A stretch of 64,000 nucleotides of DNA from Felis catus (GCF_018350175.1 NC_058382.1:54438001-54502000), one strand, 5' to 3'; counted from the first letter of the stretch, positions 13,176 through 25,814 are shown. Program-made: numbers and translations. Notes: generated by a model from the sequence alone, not told the origin.

Positions 13176-14219
13176 AAGAAGTCTGTGTGCTTAGGAGAAA
13201 ACTAAAAGCTTAGGTGGGGTGGAGCAAAGCGGAGACTTTAAAATGCAACATTGTACATATTGCGCTCAAGCTTCCTCCGCCCCTGCCACACCCGTCACCC
13301 TGCTCCACATGGGACCCTCCAGGCTGTGGCGGATCCCTGACCCTACTGCCCCCCTGCTTCCAGCTTTCTCTCTCACCCCTCACCTCTTAACCACCCTTGG
13401 GAACTTCCAATTCTCTCCCTTCTATACTGCAAAATAATGACGTCTCCCTGGTTTTCGCTTCTTAACACAGCTCCAGGACCACCTTTGAAATCTGGGCTCT
13501 GCTGAACCTGGCATTTGCTGTGGACGGGAGAAGGCAAGAAGTGGCTGGTTAATACCGTCACTTTTCTCTCTCTCACCCCAGGATCAATTATTGTCTCTCC
13601 CCTGGTCTCTCTGCCTCCAGACTCCCCCGTTCAGTCGTAAACGAACCCTCCTAAGACATCGCTTCTTCAGCTCAGTTCGGAGCTGCTGAAAGCCAAAGTG
13701 CGTCATTTCCCCTCAAAGCTGCTCTTCCCCCCACGTTCAGCCTCACAACCATCCATCCCGATGCCCAAGCTAGAAAAGCAATGTCACCTTCCACTCTCTT
13801 TCCTGAGTTTGCCACCAAAACTGTTCGATTCTCCTTCTGAAATGTTTCTTGGTCAAGAATATGGGTACAGGGAGCGCGTCGGACAAGTGGTTCAGTGGCG
13901 GAAAGGCAAAGAAACTCCCATGACTGATTACCCTACTAGAAACACATGGAATGGGAGAAGGGAGTTTTCCCAAAAGAAGGATGATGGGCAAGCAAGACTC
14001 ACGACAGCATCTCAGCAAAGGATCCGGGAGCCATGACGGTCACGGGTCTCGAGAGCTAGCTTCAGAAATGTGCATACGAACACCCAAGCCACAAACACAG
14101 GTGGAGTTCAGACACCAGCCCGTGGTAGGGGGTTGGAAGGACCGGACTAGGGTGGGAGTGGGGAAGGGGAGCCCCAGAGAAAAGGCTTGAGGCAGACGTC
14201 CATTAACACAACTAGAGAG

Positions 14220-14760
14220 GTGTTGCTTAGCTAGAGGGGCTGTAACAAAGTACCACACGCTGCCGGGGCTTAAACCACAGAAACTTACTTGCTCACGGTT
14301 CTGAAGCCTGGAGGTCCAGGTTCAAGGTGTCAGCAGGGCTGGTTTTTCTGAGGCCTCTCCCCCCTTCTCATAAGAACACCATTCGGTTTGGATTAGAGAC
14401 CACCCTAATGGTCTCATTTTAACTTAAATTACCTCTATATTTTATTTACTTATTTACGGGGGGGGGGGGGGGGGAATGACGGAAGGAGAGAAGGCCAGAG
14501 AGAGAGAGATGAAGGGCAGAGAGAGAATCTCAAGAGGCTCCACACTGTCAGCATGGAGCCCGCCGTGGGGCTCGATCCCATGGCCCTGGGATCATGACCT
14601 AAACCGAAATTAAGAGTCAGACACTCAACCGACTGAGTCCCTCAGGTGCCCCTTAAATTACCTCTTTAAAGACCCTCTCTCCAAATACACTCACATTCTG
14701 AGGTGCTGGGGGTTAAGACTTCAGTGTCTTAATTTGGAGGGACACGGTCAGAACCAAACT
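14220..14760 (-). mobile_element. MLT1C-like MaLR LTR (internally deleted), split by a SINE
   Basis: 'gctgtaacaaagtaccacac...ggcttaaaccacagaaacttac' and 'ccaaatacactcacattctgaggtgctgggggttaagacttca'. Confidence 0.75.
14437..14652 (-). mobile_element. CAN-SINE (older subtype)
   Basis: TSD ttaaattacctct at 14424-14436 and 14653-14665. Confidence 0.92.
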
Positions 14761-15226
14761 GTCGGTGGCAGGTCGCACCGATGATGACGCTGAGTGAAGA
14801 GGCGAGAGTCACTCAGGAGCCACCTCGTGGCCTCCAGCCAACTCTGCTCCCGAGACCCTTCTCTTTTATGGCACTTTTTATACACTGACTTCCGAGGCAG
14901 GCTCGGTTAGGGGCTTTGAAGCATCATCAATCCTTAAAGCAGAATTAACTCAGTCAATCCAAACTGGATTCCATTCGCATCCGAAGACTGAAAAGCCTGC
15001 CCAGGTCACCTAGAAAGCTAAGGTCAGGTTTGCTTTTGCCACCGCGGTGAGTCAGCTGGGATCGCAAGCTTGCTTTTTACATCACAGAACTCTAGACCTG
15101 GGAATTCTATTCCTCCATGAGACCCAAGAATGTACAGCTGGAAAAACTGAGGTGACTTCTTCAGGCCCTTAGTGATTCTGTAATAGTAAGTAAGTCTGGT
15201 CGAAGGGTAAAAAGTTATGAACCATC

Positions 15227-15450
15227 GGGGCGCCTGGGTGGCGCAGTCGGTTAAGCGTCCGACTTCAGCCAGGTCACGATCTCGCGGTCCGTGAGTTCAA
15301 GCCCCACGTCAGGCTCTGGGCTGATGGCTCGGAGCCTGGAGCCTGTTTCTGATTCTCTGTCTCCCTCTCTCTCTGCCCCTCCCCCGTTCATGCTCTGTCT
15401 CTCTCTGTCCCAAAAAAAATAAATAAACGTTGAAAAAAAAAATTAAAAAA
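15227..15450 (+). mobile_element. CAN-SINE, young feline subtype
   Basis: 'ggtggcgcagtcggttaagcgtccgacttcagccaggtcacgat'; perfect TSD aaaaagttatgaaccat (15209-15225, 15450-15466). Confidence 0.96.
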
Positions 15451-15691
15451 AAAAGTTATGAACCATAATTTTCGAGGCCTCTTCATGTTCACGGGACCAT
15501 GCTCTCACAGAAGGTTCTAGGAAAGAATGTGTTCCACGCCTTTACTTACCCGTAACTCAGCTTTTACATGTGAATTATATTTCATGTGGGACACAGGTTC
15601 ATTTTATTATGGCCGAAGTGATGTAAGAAGAAGGTGCTTCACAAAGGGAGAGTGGCCTGGGCCTATGGAGATCTTAAAATGACCAGCCTTT

Positions 15692-15912
15692 GGGGCGCCT
15701 GGTGGGCTCAGTCGGTTGAGCGACCGACTTCGGCTCAGGTCATGATCTCACGGTTTGTGAGTTCGAGCCCCGTGTCGGGCTCTGGGCTGACGGCTCGGAG
15801 CCTGGAGCCTGTTTCTGATTCTGTGTCTCCCTCTCTCTCTGCCCCTCCCCCACTCATACTCTGTCTCTCTCTGTCACAGAAACAAAACATTAAAAAAAAT
15901 TAAAAAAAAAAA
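15692..15912 (+). mobile_element. CAN-SINE (SINEC)
   Basis: SINE body, A tail, flanking gaccagccttt duplication. Confidence 0.95.
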
Positions 15913-16739
15913 AAGACCAGCCTTTGCAGCTTGGGGCCCCCGTGTCAGAGAGATTTGTAACCACAGCTCCTTCCCTGGTAGAACATCCGTGTTCAGGGGA
16001 GTTCAAGGTGGCTGTGAAACCATGCCTTTGTGGACCCCCTTGCAGCCTCCAGCAAGGGTGTTCACAGAGCCTAGTGAGCAGGGAGCCCTGCCTCACCTTG
16101 CCCTTGGAGGCCTTTCACATGGATTCCCTGTGAAAACGCATCTCTGTTGGAACGCCCCCAAAACGGACCTGCCTGTCTGGCTGGCAGCCAGCAGCCCCGA
16201 GGGGGGCAGAGGAAGCCGGGTCGTAACTGGGGTAAATGCCTCTGCTGCAAGCAGACTGCGGCACTTAAAGTCACAGCTCTCACCCAGCCTCCTGTAGGGA
16301 CAGAAGAGGAGACTGTGATACCGTATTACCCTGTCGGTCACAGGGAGGCAATTCCTCAGGTCATCAGTCAAAAGCCTCCTTGGCAATGAGAAATGAGCCT
16401 GAACACCAGGCCGTTTAAAAAGATATTTATTGTGAAACGTGGATGCGGCGGCGCCTTCCCCGAGTCGAGACAGACGCTCAGCATGAATTACTCCGGCGAA
16501 GTCTAGAGGAGCAGGTGGCAGCTACCTGGCTACACATGAGATACGGCCTCAAAACCAGCACCACACGTCAGCACCTGGGAGGAGAGAGCACACAGGTGGA
16601 GGGCGGGGACGTGGGTCCTCGGGGCTGTGGGGAGGGACGATCGAGAGCCTGTGGCCCCGGACAGGCGGCCGACCTGTGGGGCTCCCCGCAGGGTCCCCAG
16701 GCCCAGGTGAGGACGAACAGGGCTAAATCCGATGCAGGG

Positions 16740-16930
16740 CAAACCAGAGATGCCAGCGGACGTGACTCGATGCCTGGAACGTGCGGCAAAGTACTCCAGG
16801 AGCGCAATGCTGGGGGACGTGGTAAAACGAGACCGGTGACACGTAGGCAACCACAGGAGCTGGCTGATGGAGATTTGGGGGTTCGTTATATTGTTTTTTC
16901 TACCTCTGTGTAGATTTAAGAATTCCAATA
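16740..16930 (+). mobile_element. Ancient L1M (L1MD/ME-like) 3' terminus, GC-shifted
   Basis: 'gagctggctgatggagatttgggggttcgttatattgttttttctacctctgtgtagattt' resembles recalled L1M terminus gaagctgggtgatgggtacatgggggttcattatactattctctctacttttgtatatgttt. Confidence 0.6.
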
Positions 16931-16934
16931 TTGC

Positions 16935-17155
16935 GGGGCACCTGGGCGGCTCAGTCGGTTAAGTGTCTGACTTCAGCTCAGGTCATGACCTCGTGGTTCA
17001 TGGGTTTGAGCCCCGTGTCAGGCTCTGTGCTGACGGCTCAGAGACTGGATCCTGCTTCGGATTCTGTGTCTCCCTCCCTCTCTGCCCCTCCCCCACTCAT
17101 GCTGTGTCTCTCTCCTCTCTCTCTCTCAAAACTAAAAATAAACCTTAAAAAAATA
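16935..17155 (+). mobile_element. CAN-SINE (SINEC)
   Basis: TSD ttccaatattg at 16923-16933 and 17157-17167. Confidence 0.95.
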
Positions 17156-18049
17156 GTTCCAATATTGAGACCAATTTTTGAATAAAATAGATCCTTATCC
17201 TGCCTTTATGGATCTCATCTCTCTGCAGATATATATCCCAGAGCATAAGCCAGGCACACTTTCTAGGCGCTAAGAGAACCTGCAAACTACAGAATTGTAT
17301 TTTGGAGATAAACACACACACAGATGTATGTATATGTATACACACATTATCACATATGTGTATTGTATGTGTGGACACACATATTCACCAATATTATAAT
17401 TGCTACATTTCTATTTTATGGCACGTACACAGTCCTTTGTGCATTTTTGCCATTTAATTTCACGAAAATCACATGAGCCAAGGGACTCAGTAAGTCATCC
17501 AAAGTCAAAGAGATACCGAATGCCAACTCCAGGTTTCAAGCCCACCTTGGTTTGACTCTAGAGCCTGGAACCATACCCACCCAACCATACTAACCCACAC
17601 TCACTGGGGGTACAAAGAGCCTCCCTGTACAATCACGAGGCCAAGAGAAATGAGTGCCTTCTGTCGATGAGGCAAGGTCAGAGGGAGCCCAGCCTGCCCC
17701 AGTGCTTCTGCCACCCTCCTCTGCCACACTCCTCAACACCACCACGACTTTCTGGGCCCCTTTGGGCATATCTGTGTGCCCCTGAGGCCGCCCAAAGAGT
17801 GCCATGTGGCCACAGCCTCTGCCTGAGCAGGTGCTGGGCGTTACGTGACTGCCCACTCTCACACGTCTACATCTGGCTCCACAGCAGGACCCTGCAATGG
17901 AGTTTAAGAGCCAGAGATGAAGGAGACAGAGTTTCAAGGTGGCCAAACCACTGTTATCTTTTAAATAAAATAGATTGCATTTGGTTTTCTAGTTATAAAG
18001 ACAACTGGGTTCTACTGGAAGCAGACCTTGGGTTAAGAACCTGAGTGCC

Positions 18050-18251
18050 GGGCCGCCTGCGTGGCTCGGTCGGTTGAGCGTCCGACTCTTGATTTCGGCT
18101 CAGGTCGTGATCCCAGGGTTGTGGGATCGAGCCCCGCATTGGCTCTGTGCTGAGCCTGGAGCCTGCTTGAGATTCTCTCTCTCTCTGCCCCTCTCCCCCC
18201 TCGCACTTGCTCTCTCTCCCTCTCTTTCTCTCTCTCTCAAATAATAATAAA
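18050..18251 (+). mobile_element. CAN-SINE inserted in an old MaLR-like LTR remnant (about 18005-18600)
   Basis: TSD aagaac(c/t)tgagtgc; host begins 'tgggttctactggaagcagacc'. Confidence 0.9.
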
Positions 18252-18899
18252 AGAACTTGAGTGCAAATAGTTTTGGGGGGAGCATCTACAGGGGAAGTGG
18301 GGGCATGAGTCAGGGAAAGAGGCACCGTGTGACTGAGCAGACAGCCACTATAGGTAACACGAGGCTTGGTTCCACGGGGAAAGTCTGGGAGACTGTGCGG
18401 AATATACGTGAGTTTTCCCACCTGAGAGGTGAAGAAGCCGGGGAAGTTACCCTGCGACTCTCACCCACCACTGGCTGAATGCTGCTCCCGGCACTGGTAA
18501 CTCGTCAGCACTTCTGCGCTGGTCCGTGCACAGGGCAGGCCCTCAGGTGGAAAGGCACGGGTATTTCAGTAGGGTGCCACTGGTGCATACCAGAACGGCC
18601 AGGCCAAGGGATACGGACAGAGCATCGGCAGCATTTGCTTCCCATGTGGGAGAACTCTTAACCCACCTTCACCTACCCCTCCCCGTATTAACCAATGTCC
18701 TTATCCCTTCCGTACATCATTCTGGTGATTAAGCCCTTGGGGCTAACATGGCACTTCCCTGGGCGCCCACACAATTCTGCCTCTACTGGATGTCTCATCG
18801 TGGCTTGCCCAGAGTAAGCCGCATTAACTGACTTTTCAAATTAACCAACTATTGGTTCAGGACTGTCATATGCTAGGGCTTACTCCTCCTTCTACCACT

Positions 18900-18901
<2 letters not shown>

Positions 18902-18941
<40 letters not shown>
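18902..18941. repeat. (CA)n microsatellite
   Basis: Direct reading. Confidence 0.97.
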
Positions 18942-18942
<1 letters not shown>

Positions 18943-19021
18943 TTTATGGTTGTCTATGTGAAGGACAGTGCAGTGTCATTAATAAGAACGATGCCAGTAG
19001 GGCATAATTCCCAGATGAATT

Positions 19022-19053
19022 ATATATATATATATATATATATATATGATTCG

Positions 19054-19088
<35 letters not shown>
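19022..19088. repeat. Two (TA)n tracts separated by gattcgaat
   Basis: Direct reading. Confidence 0.95.
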
Positions 19089-19090
<2 letters not shown>

Positions 19091-19099
19091 ATTGGAGAA

Positions 19100-19160
19100 G
19101 GGCGCCTGGGTGGCTCAGCAGGGTAAGTGTTCAGCTCTTGATTTTGGCTCAGGTCATAAT
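19100..19160 (+). mobile_element. CAN-SINE 5' head only (3'-truncated)
   Basis: gggcgcctgggtggctcagc...ttggctcaggtcat, then unrelated sequence. Confidence 0.85.
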
Positions 19161-19445
19161 GTCATTGGTCTCCCATGGCTCGGGGAATTCATGGGTGAGA
19201 GCATGAGGACCTGATCAAGTTCCACGGTATGGTGGGGCTACCACCAAAGAAACCAACAGCGGACCCCTCAACAAGCTCAGCTTTGAGCGACCCCATTGGC
19301 GACTCAGCACAGCATTTTCCAAACTTGACAAACATACAGATTTCCAGCTTCGTCTCCTGGCGATTCTGATTTAGCGGGACTGGACTGGTCCTAGAAACCT
19401 GAGTGTTAACTCACAACTAAGTAATTCTTACAACTGAGCAAGGCT

Positions 19446-19697
19446 TGGGTCGCCTGGGTGGCTCAGTCCGTTGGGCGTTGCACTTTGGCTCAGGTCATGA
19501 TCTTACCCTTGGTGAGTTCCAGTCCCATGTCAGGCTCTGTGCTGACAGCTCAGATCCTGGAGCCCGCTTCAGATTCTGTCTCCCTCTCTCTCTGCCCTTC
19601 TCCTGCCTTCTCGCACACTCGTCTCTCTCTCTCAAAAAATAAATAAACATTATAAATAAATAAATAAGTAAATAAGTAAATAAATAAATAAATAAAA
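19446..19697 (+). mobile_element. CAN-SINE with (TAAA)n tail, adjacent to a MER5-like fragment (about 19310-19440)
   Basis: SINE body; flanking gagcaaggct duplication. Confidence 0.92.
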
Positions 19698-19883
19698 CAG
19701 AGCAAGGCTGAGAAATGATGACCCAGCAGAACCATGGATCGTGAATTTGGTGGGGGAGGGGAGGAAGTCCTAAATCACCTGGTAGCCCACAAGGTCAGTC
19801 AGTTTCCAACTTAGTCCAGATCAACCCATCTGCTGGTTATGTATTCATTCCTTCCATGCTGCTGTACCCCTCACCAACTAGGG

Positions 19884-20109
19884 CAGCACTTTTCATCCAT
19901 GGCACTACTGATGTTTTACACTGATTCTTTGTGAAGGGGGATTCCCTGGGCACTTCAGGATGTTTAGCAGCATTCTTGACCTCTACCCACAAATGCCAGG
20001 AACACATCCCCCACCGCCACTGTGTCAGCCAAACCTGTCTCCAGACATTGCCTTATGTCCCTGGGAGGGGGAGCAAAATTACACCCCCCCTCCCCCATTG
20101 AGGTCACTG
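19884..20109 (-). mobile_element. MER20 (hAT-Charlie)
   Basis: 'caggatgtttagcagcattcttgacctctacccac...tgtctccagacattgcc'. Confidence 0.85.
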
Positions 20110-20114
20110 AACTA

Positions 20115-20216
20115 TGGTGACCAACCATCCAAGTTTGCCCAGGACTTCCTGGTTTTAGCATTAAAAGTCCCACATCCTGGGAAAACCCCTCAGGCAACTG
20201 ATACCACTGCTCACCC
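20115..20216. mobile_element. MER94-like (hAT-Blackjack)
   Basis: 'ggtgaccaaccatccaagtttgcccaggact...aaagtcccacatcctgggaaa'. Confidence 0.7.
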
Positions 20217-20394
20217 AAACCACATTCCCTTTGAAGGCTGAGGGTAGCTCATGTGTCACTGAAAAGCCCTTAATTCTTCCAGACAGCTAAGTTCAGATCT
20301 CAGCTGTGTAGAAGAACCTGGAATGGGGCTGTGGGTAAAAAGATCTTTGAGACATCCCACTCAATGGGGCCCAGAGAGGTCTGACAACCCATCC

Positions 20395-20585
20395 CCTAGA
20401 CTGTGAGCTCCACAGGGGCAAGAAACCAACTGTGTCCTTCCCTGATGATACCCCAGTGCTCAGCAGAGAATATATAAAACATGGTCAGTAAATATTACTG
20501 ATCAAGTGGTGGATGGATGGATGGATGGATGGATGGATGGATGGACAGATGGCTAGATGCATAGGTGCATGGATGGACAGATGGG
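20395..20585 (+). mobile_element. L2 3' end with (GGAT)n tail-derived microsatellite
   Basis: 'ctagactgtgagctccacaggggcaag...cagtaaatatt' followed by (ggat)n at about 20509-20545. Confidence 0.7.
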
Positions 20586-21514
20586 TATATAACTAACTAA
20601 GGGACTACAATTAAGTTTTCTAATCTTTCTAAGCTTCAGCACATCCCCTCCCAGAGAATGTAGGTAATAATACCTTCTATGTAAGGCTGCTGTGAAGGCT
20701 GAATGATAAAACAAACTGCTGGGTGTGGCGTCCAGTATCAAAATGCTTCCTTCAGTGCCTAGCACATATAAATGCTGGCTCCCTTCTTCCTTTTCTGGGG
20801 TCCAGAAGAAGTAGTTAAATTTAATTAAATGATCTGAAATACGAGGAGAGGTAGGAGAGGCCCCACAATGCCCACGGCACAGACAAACAGGGGCGAGGAT
20901 GATTGCAAACACTCTTATCTTTTATTTCTCTCTTGTGGTCATAATTTCAAATTGTTCCTAATTCAGATAATGGATCCAATAAATGAGATCCCACAGCGTC
21001 CTGCCAAGTGCACTTTGTCTTGCGTGCCCTGGCATCTGGGAAACTTTCATAAACAGCCCTCTCTCTACCCATTAGGTTGGTTCTGCTTCTGAGCCATTTG
21101 GACCCTCTGGCCACCTGAATCACAAGGAGTTAATCCTCCCATCCACCCTCAAGTTCAGAGGAAGGTGAGAAGAGCAGAAGGCAATAGCCCAGCCTTTACT
21201 CAGCAGTTTCAACCCCTTAGCTCAGCCAGGGGGCCCCTGACCACATGTTCTTCTCAATACCATTTTCGTGAACCATCACAAGACCTGCTACCTGCCCCAA
21301 AGCCTCTTGGTTAGTGTCCTGCCTTGTCTTGGGTGCCTGTTTCTGAGACAGCTAGTCCATATGTCTGCTCCATAAGAATATGTTCTAAAGAGGCCAGATT
21401 CTCTCCTTGGGGAGATCTGATTTCTTCCCCTCCCCCACCCCCTATTTCCTCAATACTTTATTTGCATACATTTCTCTATACAAGCCATAGCAAGTGAGGG
21501 CCAATCTGGGATTC

Positions 21515-21975
21515 AGAGTATGGTCGCCATGAAAATGGATCACTCAGATTTCCCCGATTGTGGGAACACAGTTGACTGACAGCCCCAGCTGCCACCTGTC
21601 TGGCTGCATCACATTCCTGCTGAGGTTTACGCTTCTCCCAGGCTATTCCACCCAATGATTGAGAACAGCACAGTACAGTGCCAGCCTGTTCCCACAGGGA
21701 ATGGGACTCCTCTAAGGGGTGACTTTAGCCTGAAGACTGCTCATCAGCCTGGCCAAAATGTTCTCATACCTGTGCTGTGGTCTGAGGCTCTTCCTGCACT
21801 GTTCTCCTTCCCACTCTCCTTTCACAGGTGTCAGGCATGGATTTAATCTGAAGGCTGGTCCTGCCTCTTCCTGTTTCCTCCCCCCATCATGCCTTTCCAG
21901 GCAATCCCTCAATAAATCTTCCACTTGTCTAATCCCATCCTAATGTCTGCTTCTTGGAGACCAAAACTAGCACAA
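21515..21975 (+). mobile_element. LTR16-type ERVL solo LTR
   Basis: 'gactgacagccccagctgcc', 'tctgaggctcttcc', 'cctttcacaggtgtcag', 'cctcaataaatct', end 'tctgcttcttggagaccaaaactagcaca'. Confidence 0.8.
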
Positions 21976-22264
21976 AGGAAATGGCAGTTTGCCAAATTAA
22001 ATAGGCTACTGATGTCTAAAGGCAGGTGTTTGCTGGACTTTTCAGACCTATCAATGCAAGAATTCTTTCATTTATTTTATTTACTTAGTTTCTTTTTTAT
22101 GAAAGCAGATGATGAGATTTAGAGTTTGGGGGCTGGCGACAGCAAGCTGATGGAGGGGATCTCAGCAGTACTGTCTCTCTACCCAGCTTGGAGTTGGTTT
22201 GGAGCCTCATAGAAGAAGGGGTGATAGCCGAAAGTTGAAGGAGTTGCATTAAGAAGAGACTGAG

Positions 22265-22447
22265 GGGGTGCCTGGGTGGCTCAGTCGGTTGGGCATCCAA
22301 CTTTGGCTGAGGTCACGATCTCACGGTTTGTGGGTTCCAGCCCCGTGTCGGGCTCTGTGCTGATAGCTCAGAGCCTGGAGCCTGCTTCGCATTCTGTGTC
22401 TCCCTCTCTCTCTGCCCCTCCCCCACTCATGCTCTAACTCTCTCTCT

Positions 22448-22505
<58 letters not shown>
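22265..22505 (+). mobile_element. CAN-SINE with (GAAA)n tail expansion
   Basis: SINE body; (aaag)n at about 22448-22506; flanking agactgag duplication. Confidence 0.94.
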
Positions 22506-22507
<2 letters not shown>

Positions 22508-23192
22508 CTGAGAAGTGGAGCATAAGCCATCCTACTGTGAAGTCCACACAACCAAATGTGGTCGAATTTGTCAGGGGCATGGGGAAAAGATAGTCACATA
22601 CACAGTTGGTCACAGTCCACAGGGCACCAGCAGGAGTGGCTATACCCAGTGGGGCAGTGTTTTCATGGAAAATTGTATCAGTTATCTATTGCTATATAAC
22701 AAAGGACCTCCACACTCCTCAATTATTTATTATCTTGAAACAACATCCATTTATTATCACTCATGTATCTACAGGTCGGGTAGAACTTAGCTTCCCCAGG
22801 CTGGGCTCCACTGAGTCACCTGTGCTTCATGTAGTTCTCCTTTTCCTTGTACTACCTGGCTAGCCAGGGCATATTCCTCCCACGGCAATGGTAGAGGATC
22901 AAGAATACAGGGTGCAAGTGTGAGCCCCCCTAAGGTCACTTCCACACATATACCATTGAACAATGCAAGTCAGATGGTCGAGGATTGAGGGAACATACTC
23001 CACCTATGATGAAGCCAATGCAAAGGTATGGATGCAAAAAAGAGTGGAGACTCTCCTACCAGGACTCTATCAATAAAGGTAGACAAGGGTAACATGAGGA
23101 AGAGGCAGCCAAAGAGAAAGATTTGTTCCAGCACCTATAAGAACGTTCCCACCCTGGAAATGGCATGAACCAACTGGAGAAACCTTTGAGTT

Positions 23193-23284
23193 TCTTTCAT
23201 GTAACCTCATTAAAAGGTAAGAGTCCCCTCTTTCACGTAACGTTATCTTTCATGTAACCCCATTAAAAGGTAAGAGTCCCCTCT
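23193..23284. repeat. 39-bp near-perfect direct duplication with a 14-bp templated spacer
   Basis: 23193-23231 and 23246-23284 differ at one base. Confidence 0.95.
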
Positions 23285-23649
23285 GCCTTGGTTTCTCTGC
23301 AATGCTCAGAGCTCTCCCTTCCTCTGACTGTCAGCCTTCTATTTGTCCTCATGCAAATTATCTTCATGGTAGCAAGATGGATGCAGACTGATCAGAAGGT
23401 ATTCCCTCAATCATCCTAGAATGATCCAAAGTTGCCTGTGGAAAAGATAAACCAAACGTGGCCAAGTAAGGATATGTGTGGACTATCTCAGGGATGCATT
23501 ACTCCCTTCCAGGTACCAAATCATTACAGCAAGAATGAGATTACACTATCAGCCCTCCTCAACTCTTATATTTGTTACACAACAGGGTAGAGTTGATTCT
23601 ACAAAAGAAAGCATGGGGGCTCTTAGGAAGGGGAAGGGGGTAAAGAAAA

Positions 23650-24400
23650 TGGGAAAGCAGGCATCCAGTGTCCACTGGAAGCAACCAATAAACATATTTC
23701 CTGTCCTCATGGGAACTTAGAGTCTAGCTGGGGTGAGAGCGATTAATGGCCACAAAAACATATCATTACAAACTGGGGTAAGTGCTACAAAGAAAAGAAA
23801 TGAAGAGGGTGCTATTGGGACAGATACCTTCGGACTCCCCTGGATGAAGAGAGAAGGCAGAGATAGAAGGGTGAACAGGATAAACTAGGTGGAAGAGATT
23901 GTACGTGGGAGACAGGGAACTGACGTGGTTAGAGCACCCCAGGAGCGGGAACAGGCTCCTGGACCAAAGGGATCATGGCACCAAAGGCAGCTGGGAGAGT
24001 GCCGGTGTGGCTAGAGCTCAGAGATGAGGGGGAAGACATGGGGGGGGGGGGGCAGAGGGGGGCTGGGCCATGCAGGAAAACCCTTCATGAGGTATTTTAT
24101 CTTTATCCTAAGAGAAGATGGAATCTCAAAAGGTCTTAAGTAGAGAAGGGGCATAACTTGACTTCTGTTTCTTTCACTCCCATGCACTTTGGAGAATGGG
24201 CTGGAGTTGACAAGAGTCGAAACAAGAGGCCTGTGACAAGACAACAGAGGTAGTCCAGGCAAACAAAGCTGGGGGATTGCAGATGGAAAGAAATACATAG
24301 ATCTGTTCGAGAAGCAAAATCAGCAGGACTTGGTGAAAGATTGGGGAGGAAGACCAGGTTAGTAATCTCTGAATCTTGACCCTGCTTTCCATTAAGGACA
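23650..24400 (-). mobile_element. L2 fragment(s)
   Basis: 'cctgtcctcatgggaacttagagtctag', 'ttttatctttatcctaagaga', 'aaaatcagcaggacttggtga' typical antisense L2. Confidence 0.55.
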
Positions 24401-25814
24401 TCCTGATTTTTCTATGACCCTTATTCAATAGTCTGAGGAAGGCACACAAGTTGTCTTGGCAGCAAAGACTATGGAATGGACTCCAAGCCCAAATCCACCT
24501 GACACTGCCATGAACCCTCACTCGGCCAGCTCAGTGAGGTATTAACTACATGGGATTGTGGAATCCCAGGACGTGGGATTCCATCTTTGATCCTCATGAG
24601 CAAGAGAACTTCAGTGGCCTATTTTAATCTCTTAAACTTCACTTTCCAGATCCATAAAATGTGGATTATAATACCCACAACTTGGGGTGGTTTTAATCTG
24701 GGTTGATTTAGGCAGATGATACTTTGCAAAGGGTAAAGGCCTAAAAAATGCTAGTTCAGCTGGTACACTTACAAGGAAAATCATTCTGAGAGTACCTTTA
24801 TCTAGTACAGTGGTTTCTGGCAATGGCTTGTTCTATATTTACTTAGCTCAAAAAAGGGAAATTGCTTCTTGGGTCTTTGTTGTGATGTTACATACCTATG
24901 TATGTAGGGGACAAAACCTCCCTTTGTGACTTGTCGCTGAAACCATTTCAAGAAGAGCACAAAGTATCCTATTTTGGGGACAGTTTTCTCCACTCAGAAA
25001 ACCTGCCGTCAATGACCTGTCACCTTGTCTATAGTCCTCTTTGATAAATTACACGGGTGTTGAAGCCACAGGGAGCAAATGTTCCAATGCACAATGGGAT
25101 CAAAAGAGGCCGAATGAAGGGCAGGATTGGTCCCAAACATAGGCCTAGTGTCAGAAGGGCAGTATTTCAATTAGAGATGACTACAAATAGTTAGGCAAAA
25201 AAGGAAAATTCATTGACATGAAACAGAAAAGATCACGGCTATGGCAGACTGAGGTGCAGCTGGATTCTGGGACTCGAACAATGTCGCCAGCTTCTGTCCA
25301 TCTTGTGCTTCTGCTGTGTTGGCTGCAATGCAGACAGACTTTGTCCTCATGCCCTTCCGGGTTCACATCCAAGAAAAGAAAGACATTCTCTTCCAGGTAA
25401 CTCCTGGGCAAGTCCTGGGCTTCACTCTGATTGGACCAACTTGAGTCAAATGCTCATCCTTCAACCAATCAGTTGGCCAGAAAGACAGAGCTCTGCAGCT
25501 TGGGTGGTCCTAGATTGCATGCCCATCAGTGGCAGAAGGGATATGGGCTGAGAATGGGGAAAAAGATGAAACCCAAAGAGAAATCAGGGACTACTGTGTG
25601 GGCGTGGTGCTGGGAATTCCTTATAGACAGGCATGAGAGCCTGCCTCCCTCTTTCTCCTGTGAAAACACTGGGCCTACCCAGAAAATCCGGTTCAATCTC
25701 TCCATCTCAAGATGCTGAACTTAATCACATCTGCAAAGTTTCTCTTATCAGGCAAGGAAACCTATTCACAGGTTATAAGGATTAGGCCACTATTCTCTCT
25801 ACCAAATTACCCTC

